Source of the DNA: Candidatus Dormibacteria bacterium
GTDB lineage: Bacteria > Chloroflexota > Dormibacteria > Aeolococcales > Aeolococcaceae
DNA: 64,000 nt
Direction: 5' to 3'
NCBI GenBank assembly: GCA_050734155.1
Contig: JBOHUD010000064.1
Coordinates: 68,801 to 132,800, forward strand
The position numbers were made by a program, and so were the translations under genes. Positions 19,466-29,057 of this stretch are shown one piece after another. Position 1 is the first letter of the stretch; each line of letters starts with the position of its first letter. Below the pieces are notes generated by a model. The model saw nothing but the letters and a program-made list of their open reading frames with translations, made no database searches and was not told the origin of the DNA.

Positions 19466-20452
19466 GTGATGAACGATGAGCGCGCCGAGAGTGCCGCAGC
19501 GGCGCCCGTCCACGCACCGCCCCGCCCCCCGGCGGCAGCGGCCGCCTGGACGCCCCACCGGCCCCCGCCGCCACGCCCGCCCGGTGGTGGCGGGGGCCTG
19601 CGGTCGCGACGCGGGCGCGGCGCGGCGGCGATCGCCGGCGTGCTCATCGCAGGGGTGGTGGTCGGCGGTGCCGTCGGCCTCCTGACCCGCGGCGGCCAAC
19701 CCGCCGCCCCGAGCCGGACCGCTCACGGGTCATCCGCACCGCCGGCGGCGGTGCGGGCACGCGCCATCTACAGCCAGGCGCTGGCCGCCATGCGCCGCTC
19801 GGCCGGCTTCCACTATGTGGCCAGGTCCTCCGGAGGCGGCTCAACGCAGACCATCGTTGGTGACGCCGGCCAGAACCACGGCCGCCAGGTGATCACCGTC
19901 GACGCCGCCGCGGGTCGGGAGCAGTTCACCCTGGTCCTGGTCAGCGGCACTGTGTACTTCGAGGGCAACGTCCCCGCTCTCGAGGACCAGCTCGGCGTGC
20001 CCGCGGCCGGCGCGCCGGGCCTGGATGGCAAGTGGGTCTCCGTGTCCAGCCAGGACGGTCCGTTCAGCGTGGTCGCGCCGGGGATCGTGGTCGCCGACCA
20101 GGCGCAGGAGACGGCTCTGGTCCCGACCTCGACAACCTCGATCACCGTGGCCGGGGGCGCCGGCGCGACGCGGATCGCCGGCAGCGTGCCGCCCCAGCAG
20201 GGCGGTCCGGCGGGGACGGGTCACCTCGACGTCGCCGCGGGCTCGCACCTGCCCATCTCGTATGCCACCACCGTGAGCGGTGGCGGGGCGACGGCAACCA
20301 GCACGACCACCTTCAGCGGCTGGGGGACGGTGGCAGCTGCGACGGCACCGGCAGGAGCCGTCGCCTGGTCGACGCTGGGCGCCACGGCACCGCCCGGCGG
20401 CTATGGCAGCGGGGGGGCGGGGGTGGCACCGTCACCGACGCCGCAGTCCTAG
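19466..20452 (+). CDS. Membrane-anchored hypothetical protein (Pro-rich cytoplasmic N-terminus, single TM, Gly/Ala/Thr-rich ectodomain)
   Basis: TM AIAGVLIAGVVVGGAVGLL after a PPRPP-rich N-terminus. Confidence 0.45.
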   Translation: MMNDERAESAAAAPVHAPPRPPAAAAAWTPHRPPPPRPPGGGGGLRSRRGRGAAAIAGVLIAGVVVGGAVGLLTRGGQPAAPSRTAHGSSAPPAAVRARAIYSQALAAMRRSAGFHYVARSSGGGSTQTIVGDAGQNHGRQVITVDAAAGREQFTLVLVSGTVYFEGNVPALEDQLGVPAAGAPGLDGKWVSVSSQDGPFSVVAPGIVVADQAQETALVPTSTTSITVAGGAGATRIAGSVPPQQGGPAGTGHLDVAAGSHLPISYATTVSGGGATATSTTTFSGWGTVAAATAPAGAVAWSTLGATAPPGGYGSGGAGVAPSPTPQS

Positions 20453-20547
20453 CCAGGCCGCGCAGACCGCTCGGGAGCAGCTGGAACGTACGTTCGTGGC
20501 CGGTACAATCGCGCCAATGACGTGGGGGGTCGCGCATCGCCGGGCGG

Positions 20548-22293
20548 ATGGGCTGTGAGCCTGTGAACGTGAAGGCCGACCCCGGCCCGGCGGCGAGCGC
20601 CGCGGCGTTCCGCGCGGCCCGAGCATCCCTGCTCAGCTGGCGCGACGACTACCAGACGGCCTATCGCGACTTCCGCTGGCCGGTCCTGACGGAGTTCAAC
20701 TGGGCGCTGGACTGGTTCGACCAGCTGGCGCAGGACCCGATCACGTCGTCGCAGCCTGCTCTGTGGATCGCGACCGCGGATGGGAGCGACACCCGGCTCT
20801 CCTTCGCTGAGCTCTCCGCACGGTCGAACCAGGTGGCCAACTGGCTGGTGGACGCCGGCGTGGGTCGCGGCGACCGATTGATCCTCATGCTCGACAACCG
20901 AGTCGAGCTGTGGGAGACCCTGCTCGCCGGCATCAAGCTCGGCGCGGTCCTGATCCCGGCGAGCACGCTGCTGACCGCCGCCGATCTTCACGATCGAGTC
21001 CAGCGCGGCAATGCCCGTCACGTCGTGACCAGCGCCCAGAAGGTCGAGACATTCGCCGGCGTCGCCGGCGACTACACCAGAATCTGCGTCGGCGCGCCCG
21101 TCGACGGCTGGCTGGACTATGCGCAGACGTCGTCTGCGTCGCCCGTCTTCACGCCCGGCGGCGTCACCAATGCCTCGGATCCACTCCTGCTCTACTTCAC
21201 ATCCGGCACCACGGCGCAGCCCAAGCTGGTCGAGCACACTCACGCCTCCTACCCGGTGGGCCACCTGTCCACCATGTACTGGATCGGGTTGGAGCCCGGC
21301 GACATCCACCTCAACATCTCCTCTCCGGGATGGGCCAAGCACGCTTGGAGCAACGTCTTCGCCCCCTGGAACGCGGGCGCCACGGTGCTCATCCACAGCT
21401 ACGAGCGATTCGATGCGGCCGGCCTGCTGGCGGTGATGGATCGCTGTCGGGTCACCAGCTTCTGCGCCCCGCCGACGGTCTGGAGGATGCTCATCCAGAG
21501 CGACCTGAGGGGGTTGCGCCGGCCGCCCCGCAAGGTGGTCGGTGCCGGCGAGCCGCTCAACCCCGAGGTGATCGCCAAGGTCGAGCAGGCCTGGGGCGTC
21601 ACCATCCGCGATGGCTTCGGCCAGACGGAGACGACGGTGGCCATCGCCAACACGCCCGGGCAGGCGGTGAAGCCGGGGTCGATGGGCCGACCCGTTCCGG
21701 GCTATGCGATCGCGCTCGTCGACCCGGTCACCGGCGAGCTGGGCGACGAGGGGGAGATCTGCCTGGACCTCGCCCGGCGCCCGCTGGGTCTGATGGTGGG
21801 ATACCGTGGCGATGACGAGCACGGCAGCGATGCGATGCGAGGTGGCTACTACCACACCGGCGATGTGGCATCGCGCGACGGCGACGGGTACATCACCTAC
21901 GTGGGGCGTGCCGACGACGTCTTCAAGGCGTCGGATTACCGCATCTCCCCGTTCGAGCTGGAGAGCGTGCTGCTCCAGCACGAGGCCGTCGCCGAGGCGG
22001 CGGTCGTGCCCTCGCCCGACCCGGTGCGGCTCGCCGTGCCCAAGGCGTTCATCGTTCTCGCGACCGGTCATCCCCCATCGCCGGGGACGGCGCTCTCGAT
22101 CCTCCTCTTCAGCCGTGACCACCTGGCTCCCTACAAGCGGATCCGGCGCTTGGAGTTCAGCGAGCTCCCCAAGACCATCTCGGGGAAGATTCGCCGGGTC
22201 GAGCTGCGCCAGCGTGAGCAGCAGCGGGCGGATCCTGGCGATGCCACCGTCGAGTACCGCGAGGAGGACTTCGAGGAGCTCGCCGGGAGCTGA
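20548..22293 (+). CDS. AMP-dependent acyl-CoA synthetase/ligase
   Basis: YFTSGTTAQPKLV AMP-binding motif, GYRISPFELE, and PKTISGKIRR C-terminal motif. Confidence 0.85.
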   Translation: MGCEPVNVKADPGPAASAAAFRAARASLLSWRDDYQTAYRDFRWPVLTEFNWALDWFDQLAQDPITSSQPALWIATADGSDTRLSFAELSARSNQVANWLVDAGVGRGDRLILMLDNRVELWETLLAGIKLGAVLIPASTLLTAADLHDRVQRGNARHVVTSAQKVETFAGVAGDYTRICVGAPVDGWLDYAQTSSASPVFTPGGVTNASDPLLLYFTSGTTAQPKLVEHTHASYPVGHLSTMYWIGLEPGDIHLNISSPGWAKHAWSNVFAPWNAGATVLIHSYERFDAAGLLAVMDRCRVTSFCAPPTVWRMLIQSDLRGLRRPPRKVVGAGEPLNPEVIAKVEQAWGVTIRDGFGQTETTVAIANTPGQAVKPGSMGRPVPGYAIALVDPVTGELGDEGEICLDLARRPLGLMVGYRGDDEHGSDAMRGGYYHTGDVASRDGDGYITYVGRADDVFKASDYRISPFELESVLLQHEAVAEAAVVPSPDPVRLAVPKAFIVLATGHPPSPGTALSILLFSRDHLAPYKRIRRLEFSELPKTISGKIRRVELRQREQQRADPGDATVEYREEDFEELAGS

Positions 22294-22387
22294 GCCGCGC
22301 TGATCCCCTGGCGGCGCCTCGGGATCAACCGCGCTACGGGGGTGTCACGCAGCGGAATCTGCCACGACCAGTCGAGATGATTCGCGG

Positions 22388-23995
22388 GTGACATCCTCGC
22401 GCGTCCTGTCGCCCCGCACAGAGCGCCCAGCGGTCCAGCCTGGTGGCGTCGGTGACATCCCCGGGGCCGCGCCGCGCTGGTTGACGTTGCCACGGTGGGG
22501 TCTGGCGGTGGTCTACGGGCTGCCGATTCTGGTGATCGCACTGCTGGCGATCGTCACGTTGCGCGCGGGCGGAGCGCCGCAGGACGAGGGGGCCCTGCTG
22601 GTCTACGCGGATCGCGTCCTGCACGGCGCAGTGGCTCACCGTGACTTCGCCACGTACTACGGGCCCGGCATGCCCTGGGTGCTGGCGGGTGCGTTCCTGT
22701 TCGCCGGGCACCAGGTCATCGTCGAACGCCTGGTGGGCATGACCCTCGAATGGTTGCTGGTGGTGGGCATGACGGCGATGGGACTGCGGTTTGGCAGGGC
22801 TGCCGGCCTGCTTGCGGGTGTCCTGTCAGCAGTGGCCATCGGGGCCGTCGGGGTGCCGGTCGCCAGCCCGTGGCTCGCCGCCCTTGCCCTGGGGCTGCTC
22901 TCCCTGGTGGTGGCCACGTCGCCAGGCTCGCCGCGATGGCGGTCCACGTGGCGATACGCGCTGGCGGGTGTCCTGGGGGCGCTCGCGCTGATCTTCAGGA
23001 TCGACTTCGCGATGGTCGCCGGGTTGTCCATCATCCCGGTGTTGGTGGCACGGCGACGAGCGGCGTGGTGCTACCTGGGAGGAGCGGCGGTCGGTCTCCT
23101 GCCCCTGGCCGTGCACGTGGCGATCGCCTCGCCCGCCAGGGTGTTCAACCTGGTGGTTGTGGACGGCCTGTTCGACACGTCGGCGGCGCGCCGCCTCCCG
23201 CTCCCTCCTGGGGACTCGGCCGCACGGGTCCAGTTGATGCTCCTCCTTGTGAGCGCGGCCATCAGCGTGCTCGCGGCAGCCCTGGCCTGGCGGCGCTCCC
23301 CCCGCACCGAGCGCACACGTCTCCTCGGCGCGGCCACGCTCCTGGTCCTGGCGATACTGCCCGAGACCCTGCAGCGCGCGGACACCGCCCACCTGCTGCC
23401 GGCCATGTCGGTGTCGGTGGGGCTCCTCGCGGTGTCGGCCCAGGTGGTTGCCGCGCATCTGCGCTGGCGGCTCACCCCGGCGCGGACGACCCTGGCCCGC
23501 GGCGTGTGCATCGCATTGACCCTGCTGGCGACGGCGCCGGGGATTGAGCAGGCGCCGTCAGTGTCCGTGAGCAATGGGCATCGGTCGTTTCCCCTCACCC
23601 CCGTGGATGCCCCGGGCCCGGCTCAAACGGTTCTGGCGTACGTCGATCGCATCACCCGGCCCGGCCAGCGACTCTTCGTGGGCCCCCTGGACATGCGCCG
23701 CACCAACTCCACGGCGACATACCTTTACTTCCTGCTTCCCCAGCTGTCGCCGGCGACGTACTACCTCGAGATGGAGCCAATGGTCGGCAATGGGCCTGGG
23801 TCGCAACTCGCGGCGAACGTGGCCAGCGCCGACGTTCTGCTGCTCACCAGCGAATGGGACCACTGGTCCGAGGCCAATCAGTCAGCGTCCTTCTACGGAT
23901 CCGATCTCCCCAACGCCGTGGTCAGAACGTCGTTCTGCCTGCGCCTTCACGACGGGGTCTTCTGGGTCTACACGCGGTGCGGTACGGCGGCGTAG
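22388..23995 (+). CDS. GT-C-fold polytopic membrane glycosyltransferase (GT39/PMT-like), paralog 3
   Basis: PQDEGALLVYADRVLHG...YYGPG loop mirrors the PMT DE...PPLG region; many TM helices. Confidence 0.55.
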   Translation: MTSSRVLSPRTERPAVQPGGVGDIPGAAPRWLTLPRWGLAVVYGLPILVIALLAIVTLRAGGAPQDEGALLVYADRVLHGAVAHRDFATYYGPGMPWVLAGAFLFAGHQVIVERLVGMTLEWLLVVGMTAMGLRFGRAAGLLAGVLSAVAIGAVGVPVASPWLAALALGLLSLVVATSPGSPRWRSTWRYALAGVLGALALIFRIDFAMVAGLSIIPVLVARRRAAWCYLGGAAVGLLPLAVHVAIASPARVFNLVVVDGLFDTSAARRLPLPPGDSAARVQLMLLLVSAAISVLAAALAWRRSPRTERTRLLGAATLLVLAILPETLQRADTAHLLPAMSVSVGLLAVSAQVVAAHLRWRLTPARTTLARGVCIALTLLATAPGIEQAPSVSVSNGHRSFPLTPVDAPGPAQTVLAYVDRITRPGQRLFVGPLDMRRTNSTATYLYFLLPQLSPATYYLEMEPMVGNGPGSQLAANVASADVLLLTSEWDHWSEANQSASFYGSDLPNAVVRTSFCLRLHDGVFWVYTRCGTAA

Positions 23996-24075
23996 CCACG
24001 GCCGTCTTCCGGCATCATCGACCGGCGCTTCCCGGAGCCCGCCGCGGCGGCGTCCTGGCCAGGCGATGAGCCCGC

Positions 24076-24107
24076 TTGACTCGGTACCTGGATACCGGGT
24101 CTATGCT
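24076..24107 (+). promoter_or_regulatory. MerR-type promoter: TTGACT, then a 20-nt spacer holding the inverted repeat CGGTA...TACCG, then TATGCT
   Basis: -35 at 24076-24081, -10 at 24102-24107; the over-long 20-nt spacer with an internal dyad is the hallmark of MerR-regulated promoters; ATG at 24115 is about 8 nt after the -10, so the transcript is leaderless. Confidence 0.45.
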
Positions 24108-24114
24108 CGCGCCC

Positions 24115-24546
24115 ATGAGAACCGGGCAGGTTGCCACCCAGGCTGGGGTCAACACCCAGACCCTGCGCTACTACGAGCGCCGCGGCCTGCTGAGGGAGCC
24201 GCCCAGGCGCGACTCCGGCTACCGCGTCTACCCCGCGGACGCGGTGCGGATTGTGCGGTTCATCAAGCACGTCCAGGAGCTCGGTTTCACCCTGGCTGAG
24301 ATCGAGACCCTGCTCCACCTGGCCGCCGGCGGCCCAGAGAGCTGCGAGGCGGTGCAGGCCATGGCGACTCAGAAGATCGGCGACCTGGAGCGCCGCCTGG
24401 CGTCGCTGCGCCACATGCGCTCCTCGCTGCAGCGCCTGGTTGCGACATGCTCGCGGCCTCGTGATCAACGTGATTGCCCGCTGTTGCGTGCCATTGACGC
24501 TGACGACGGCTGCATCTGTGCTGTCAAAGACGGGGCTGACGCATGA
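24115..24546 (+). CDS. MerR-family transcriptional regulator with a Cys-rich C-terminus
   Basis: HTH MRTGQVATQAGVNTQTLRYYERRGLL; C-terminal ...ATCSRPRDQRDCPLL...DDGCICAV. Confidence 0.8.
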   Translation: MRTGQVATQAGVNTQTLRYYERRGLLREPPRRDSGYRVYPADAVRIVRFIKHVQELGFTLAEIETLLHLAAGGPESCEAVQAMATQKIGDLERRLASLRHMRSSLQRLVATCSRPRDQRDCPLLRAIDADDGCICAVKDGADA

Positions 24547-24824
24547 GCATCGACCTCTTCTACTTCCGAGGATGCCCGCATGTCGCCGCTGCCCGCGAGA
24601 CGTTGCGCGCGTGCCTGGAATCGTCCGGACTGCGCGAGGCGATCCGCGAGCACGAGGGCGCGTACCCGTCGCCGACCGTCGAGGTCGACGGGGTCGATGT
24701 CATGGGTGCGCCGGCTGAGGGTGGCGCGGCCTGCCGGCTGGATGTGCCAACCCCTGAGCGCCTCCGAGTGGCGCTCAGCGCACGCGCCAACGACTCGGCC
24801 GGAACCGGCCCCGCTGGTAGCTGA
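24543..24824 (+). CDS. Glutaredoxin-like (DUF836/thioredoxin-fold) small protein
   Basis: ATGA overlap with merR; IDLFYFRGCPHVAAARETL...VEVDGVDV fits the Y.RPGC...L...VDG pattern of glutaredoxin-2-like proteins. Confidence 0.45.
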   Translation: MSIDLFYFRGCPHVAAARETLRACLESSGLREAIREHEGAYPSPTVEVDGVDVMGAPAEGGAACRLDVPTPERLRVALSARANDSAGTGPAGS

Positions 24825-24833
24825 CGCATCGAC

Positions 24834-25238
24834 GTGAAGGTACAGGGCAGCAGCAACCCGCGGAGCCAGAGAGATCTCCTTCATGGTTGGTCGGGAGTCG
24901 TGGGGCTGTGGGTCCTGCCCATCGTGATCCTGAATGCGGCCAACGCCCTCTACAACGGCCATCACATCTCGTTCGCCCTCCAGGGGGTGATCCAGACGGC
25001 GTGCACCCTCTGGATCGGCACCGCCTGTTTCGCGAATGGCCGTCGCTGCGGCCGCGTTCATTGCAGGATCGACGGGATCCTTCTGCCGCTGCTGAGCGTG
25101 GTGGGGATCGTGAACGTACTCAACGTCATCTCCTTCAATTGGAGCGTGTACGGGGACGCCTTCAATGCGATTGTGGTCCTGAGCTTCGTGGCGGAGTATG
25201 TCGACAACCGGCTGCAGCACACGGCGAGGTCGGGGTAG
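24834..25238 (+). CDS. Small Cys-containing membrane protein (3 TM helices)
   Basis: Hydrophobic segments; CFANGRRCGRVHC cluster; slightly lower GC; GTG start uncertain (alternative GTG about 24897). Confidence 0.35.
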   Translation: MKVQGSSNPRSQRDLLHGWSGVVGLWVLPIVILNAANALYNGHHISFALQGVIQTACTLWIGTACFANGRRCGRVHCRIDGILLPLLSVVGIVNVLNVISFNWSVYGDAFNAIVVLSFVAEYVDNRLQHTARSG

Positions 25239-25329
25239 GTCCGCTTCCTCAATGGCGGCCGAGGGTACGCGGGGCCGCTCGCCCGCTCCGACGGGTGCGA
25301 GCGTGGTCTACTACGGGTGAGGAGGCTCG

Positions 25330-26154
25330 GTGGTGAGGAAGTCAGTCGATCTTTCGCACGACAACGGCTCGGGGCGATCTCTGCGCGTGCTGGTCAAGCC
25401 TGGCGAGGGCATCCCCGCCGGAGCGCCCCGAACGGCCGCCGACGGAGGGCCCTACACATTTCGCGCAAGCACGACCAACTTCCGCGTCTCCTACGAGGAC
25501 GCGCTGGGTGCCAACGGCGCGGTCCTCGCCGACGCCGTCCTGGCGACGTGTGAGGCCGACTACGCCACCCTGCGCACCTGGTTTGCAGGTCTGACGCCGG
25601 GCGGTCTGCCGTTCACCGTCTTCGTGGTCGCCGGCACATTCGGCGCCTACCATGCCACCTGCGCCGCAACGGAGCTCCACCTCGCTGCTTTCGATGGCAC
25701 CAACGCTGACCTGGTGCGCATGCTGATGGTCGCCGAGGCCGACGAGGTCATGATGGCGGCGCAGAACGTCGGCTGGGATTGTGGCTACAGCCACGGCGAG
25801 GGACTCTCGCGGGTGCTCTCCACCGAACTCTATCCAGCTCAGCTCGACGGCTTCGCCACAGCCGCCAGCTGGTTGGACTCGAACCGAACCGACTGGGTGA
25901 GCACCACCGAGCAGACCGACCAGAACTATGTGTCGATCGGGTGTGCGACGCTGTTCCTCAACTATCTGCGCAACCAGCTCGGCCACAGCCTCACCGCCAT
26001 CGTGGGAGCAGGCGCGCCCACCCTGGCTCAGGTCTACACCAACCTCAGCGGCAGCACCGATGCCTTCGCTCCCTTCAACGCGCTGCTCCAGCGGCGGTTT
26101 CCTCTCGGCCGGCCGAGCGGTCTCACCACCGACAATCCCTTTCCCATCCAGTAG
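25330..26154 (+). CDS. Hypothetical protein (274 aa)
   Basis: GTG start preceded by GGTGAGGAGG SD; no signal peptide; no family recognised. Confidence 0.45.
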   Translation: MVRKSVDLSHDNGSGRSLRVLVKPGEGIPAGAPRTAADGGPYTFRASTTNFRVSYEDALGANGAVLADAVLATCEADYATLRTWFAGLTPGGLPFTVFVVAGTFGAYHATCAATELHLAAFDGTNADLVRMLMVAEADEVMMAAQNVGWDCGYSHGEGLSRVLSTELYPAQLDGFATAASWLDSNRTDWVSTTEQTDQNYVSIGCATLFLNYLRNQLGHSLTAIVGAGAPTLAQVYTNLSGSTDAFAPFNALLQRRFPLGRPSGLTTDNPFPIQ

Positions 26155-26159
26155 GGACA

Positions 26160-26950
26160 ACTCTCACCCAGCTCTACTTTGGGACCTACCGGGCGCCAAC
26201 GGCCTGCCGGCGACGAACGGCCACTTCACGGTGTGCAACCCCGACCCGGTTGTCGGCCGTTGCGTCGCCCCGTACCACGACCCGGCGGATGTGAACGGTG
26301 GCGGTCCCCACGGTGCGTCCAACTTCGTGGCCGACGTCGACGGCGCCAGGATGGACGGATTCCAGGCATCGGCCGAGAAGGGCAGGCGCGGCTGTGGCAA
26401 TGCCAACGACCCCACCTGCACCAATGCGACGGCCCCGGACGTCGAACTGCCCGGCGGCGCCGCAGAGGGCGAGCACTCCCGGGATCTGGAACCCGCTGCC
26501 GCGCTTCGACGACGTCAAGCTCGATGGTCAGCTCGGCAACGTGCAGGACCTCAACAACTTCACCAGCCAGGCGAGGAACGGCACGCTCCCGGCCGTTCCT
26601 GGCTGGCGCCCAGTGGGAGCGTCAGCGAGCATCCGCCGGGTGCGGTTAGCTGCTGGTCAATGCCGTGATGCGGGGCCCTGACTGGAACAGCACCGCCATC
26701 TTCCTCACCTGGGACGACTGGGGTGGCTTCTACGACCACGTGGTGCCGCCGGTCGTCGACGCCCAGGGGTACGGCCTGCGCGTCCCCAGTATCGTCATCA
26801 GCGCGTACGCCAAGAAGGGCTACATCGACCACCAGACGCTCTCGTTCGATGCCTTCGCCAAGTTCATCGAAGACGACTTCCTGGGTGGCCAGAGGCTTGA
26901 TCCGGCGACCGACGATGGGGTGATTCCGGCGGCTCCACAGGGCGCGGCGC
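26160..26950 (+). pseudogene. Phosphoesterase-family (PLC/AcpA-like, PF04185) C-terminal half, broken by at least two frameshifts; N-terminal half absent
   Basis: Family motifs are spread over three frames: ...IWNPLPRFDDV... (frame of 26298..26681), ...SWLAPSGSVSEHPPG... (frame of 25928..26668), and ...[32 protein letters not shown]...GLRVP... (frame of 26665..). Confidence 0.55.
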
Positions 26951-27027
26951 ACGCCGCCGCGCAGCCGCGCCACCCCAACCGAAGCTCGATCCTCAGGCAG
27001 GGCAGCGCCGGCACGGGCCGCCAGCCG

Positions 27028-27696
27028 TCAGCAGTCGAACACCGACCAGCAGATGTCGTTTCGCAACCGCTGGTCGTCCAGCACAAGCTCGCGAATCGCC
27101 TCCGGAAGCTGTTCGCGCTGCCAATGGCACTCCAGCCGGCCGGCGCTTTCGGCCCCACCCTCGGGCGCAGCCGCACGCGCGGCTCTGATCGCGTAGGCAG
27201 CCGCGCCGAGCTGGTGAGCGGCGACGTGCGCGACGGCCGCCGCCTGGCCGGCAGCGTATGCTGCATGCCGAGCGGGTCCGCTGAGGTCTCTGGCGGCAGC
27301 ATTGGCGTTGCCAGCCGCCGCGCGCGCCTGGGACATCCTGATGTCGCCCCTCACCCAAGCCGCAGCCCGCTCGATTGCCTGCCGCGGCCGCAAATCAGAA
27401 GGCCTCGCCGACTCGAACAGGTACAGCACGTGCTCGGCGCACGCTGCAGCCCACAAGGCGAGAAGCCGATGATCCGAGTCCGTGAGCGTCCCCCCGCGAC
27501 GGATGGTGATGAATCTCGGATCGCGCTCTTTGGGGAGGATCACAACCACGAGTATTCTGGGGGGACCCAGGGAGCCCACGAGACCGGAGCCTGCGGCGTC
27601 AGGCTGATGCGCGTCGCTTCCGGATGCAGCCGAGGGCCACCACGGCGGCAACGTCCGCCGGGAGCTTGCGGCCGCGGTCAACTCGGCCCTGCTCAT
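27028..27696 (-). CDS. Putative immunity-like protein (Ala-rich helical family seen in polymorphic-toxin loci)
   Basis: ...[16 protein letters not shown]...[16 protein letters not shown]...[18 protein letters not shown]... pattern recalled from actinobacterial 'putative immunity protein' families; recognition is from memory only. Confidence 0.35.
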   Translation of the reverse strand: MSRAELTAAASSRRTLPPWWPSAASGSDAHQPDAAGSGLVGSLGPPRILVVVILPKERDPRFITIRRGGTLTDSDHRLLALWAAACAEHVLYLFESARPSDLRPRQAIERAAAWVRGDIRMSQARAAAGNANAAARDLSGPARHAAYAAGQAAAVAHVAAHQLGAAAYAIRAARAAAPEGGAESAGRLECHWQREQLPEAIRELVLDDQRLRNDICWSVFDC

Positions 27697-27733
27697 TTCC
27701 GAGATCAGACGATGCGAACCATGGCGAGTCTCC

Positions 27734-27789
27734 TTGACGAGGTACGTCGCCCACAGTAAACTGATCGAGTGGTCAAGTCAATCGATCAG
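27734..27789 (+). promoter_or_regulatory. Sigma70-like promoter TTGACG-17-TAAACT with an 8-bp inverted repeat CTGATCGA...TCGATCAG spanning the GTG start (candidate TetR operator)
   Basis: -35 at 27734-27739, -10 at 27757-27762; IR arms at 27761-27768 and 27782-27789; GTG at 27769 would be leaderless. Confidence 0.35.
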
Positions 27790-28551
27790 GATCGCGTGGC
27801 GGCCAAGCCGGTCGGTGAGCGCCGGCGGCCGGGAGTGCAATCCACCCGCGCGCGCCCCATCGCCGCACCCGAGTCCCGACAGGGAGCAAGAGCCCGCCGT
27901 CAACGGCGCAATGAGGCTGGTGATCGCATGCGCGGACGCATCGTGGACGCTGCCCTCCAGGCGCTTAGCAGAGAGGGGTACGCGGGGGTATCAGTTCGCG
28001 CGATCGCAGCCACCGGCGCTTTCAGCCCCGCGCTCGTCTTCTATCACTTCGGGAGCGTCGACGCACTGCTGCTCGCCGTCCTCGACCAGGTCAGCAACGA
28101 GCGGCTGGGCCGCTACCAGGCCCGTCTGCGCGATGTGTCCTCATTGGCGGCGCTGGCTGCAGCGCTCGAGGAGCTGTACGGCGAAGACCTGGAGCTCGGT
28201 CAGCTCACCGCGGTTCAGGAGATCGTGGGGGCGATGGCCTTTGACCCCGAGCTCGGACCGGAGATCGTGAGTCGCATGCGGCCCTGGATGACCTTCGCCG
28301 AGCAGCTTGCTCAACGGCTGGTTGCCGGGTCTCCGCTTGCCGGCCTGGTGGATCCCGCTGTCATCGGCTCGGCGGTGATCGCGCTGTACATGGGCCTCGA
28401 GATCGTCGCCCGGATGCGCGGTGGTGACACCACCGGATCGCGGGCTCTGGTCACAACGCTCAGGGAGACGGCTCCCTGGATCGACCGACTGCTGGGCAAA
28501 GGAACGTCGGCGCCACGCCGGCGCACCGCGATGCGAGTGGTGCTCGACTGA
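27769..28551 (+). CDS. TetR-family transcriptional regulator
   Basis: HTH ...ALSREGYAGVSVRAIAATGAFSPALVFYHFGSVDALL; Arg-rich N-terminal extension; alternative ATG start at 27928. Confidence 0.8.
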   Translation: MVKSIDQDRVAAKPVGERRRPGVQSTRARPIAAPESRQGARARRQRRNEAGDRMRGRIVDAALQALSREGYAGVSVRAIAATGAFSPALVFYHFGSVDALLLAVLDQVSNERLGRYQARLRDVSSLAALAAALEELYGEDLELGQLTAVQEIVGAMAFDPELGPEIVSRMRPWMTFAEQLAQRLVAGSPLAGLVDPAVIGSAVIALYMGLEIVARMRGGDTTGSRALVTTLRETAPWIDRLLGKGTSAPRRRTAMRVVLD

Positions 28552-29057
28552 TGAGGATGCTCGGCAATTTCGCCGAGGCCATGCTGACCTTGGTGATGGT
28601 GTTGGCCGGCCCCGCCGGCCTTGCGTTGGTGGTCGTGCTCGTGTGGCGGCTGGTCAAGCGCCGCGGTGGTCCTCGCCGCGGTGCTGCCAATGGAGAGCCA
28701 CCGTGGCGTGAGGCCCCGCCAATCGTCCACGTCGTCCTCAGCGTCCTGATCGGCGCCGCGGCAGCCTTCATCTCGCTCGAGGCGTACTACGGGATCGTCC
28801 TGGCGGCGGCGACCGGATTGCTGCTGTTTCGCCAGGCGCGCCGCCAGCGCTGGTTCGCTCTTGGCGGATTCCTGCTCGGCATGGGATCGTCCGGGGCGGG
28901 GTTCCTGAGCGGCGCCCTCACCAATCACGATCCCGCGGTCACCTACGACCCCTCGACTGTTCCCTTCTTTTGGGTCGGCGCCATCACCGCCGGCTTCGGC
29001 GCGTTGACCCTGGTTCTCGCTGCCACCAGAGAACGAACTGCGCGGTCGAGCTGCTAG
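28551..29057 (+). CDS. Membrane protein (4 TM helices), translationally coupled to tetR
   Basis: TGATGA overlap with the tetR stop; hydrophobic helices. Confidence 0.5.
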   Translation: MRMLGNFAEAMLTLVMVLAGPAGLALVVVLVWRLVKRRGGPRRGAANGEPPWREAPPIVHVVLSVLIGAAAAFISLEAYYGIVLAAATGLLLFRQARRQRWFALGGFLLGMGSSGAGFLSGALTNHDPAVTYDPSTVPFFWVGAITAGFGALTLVLAATRERTARSSC

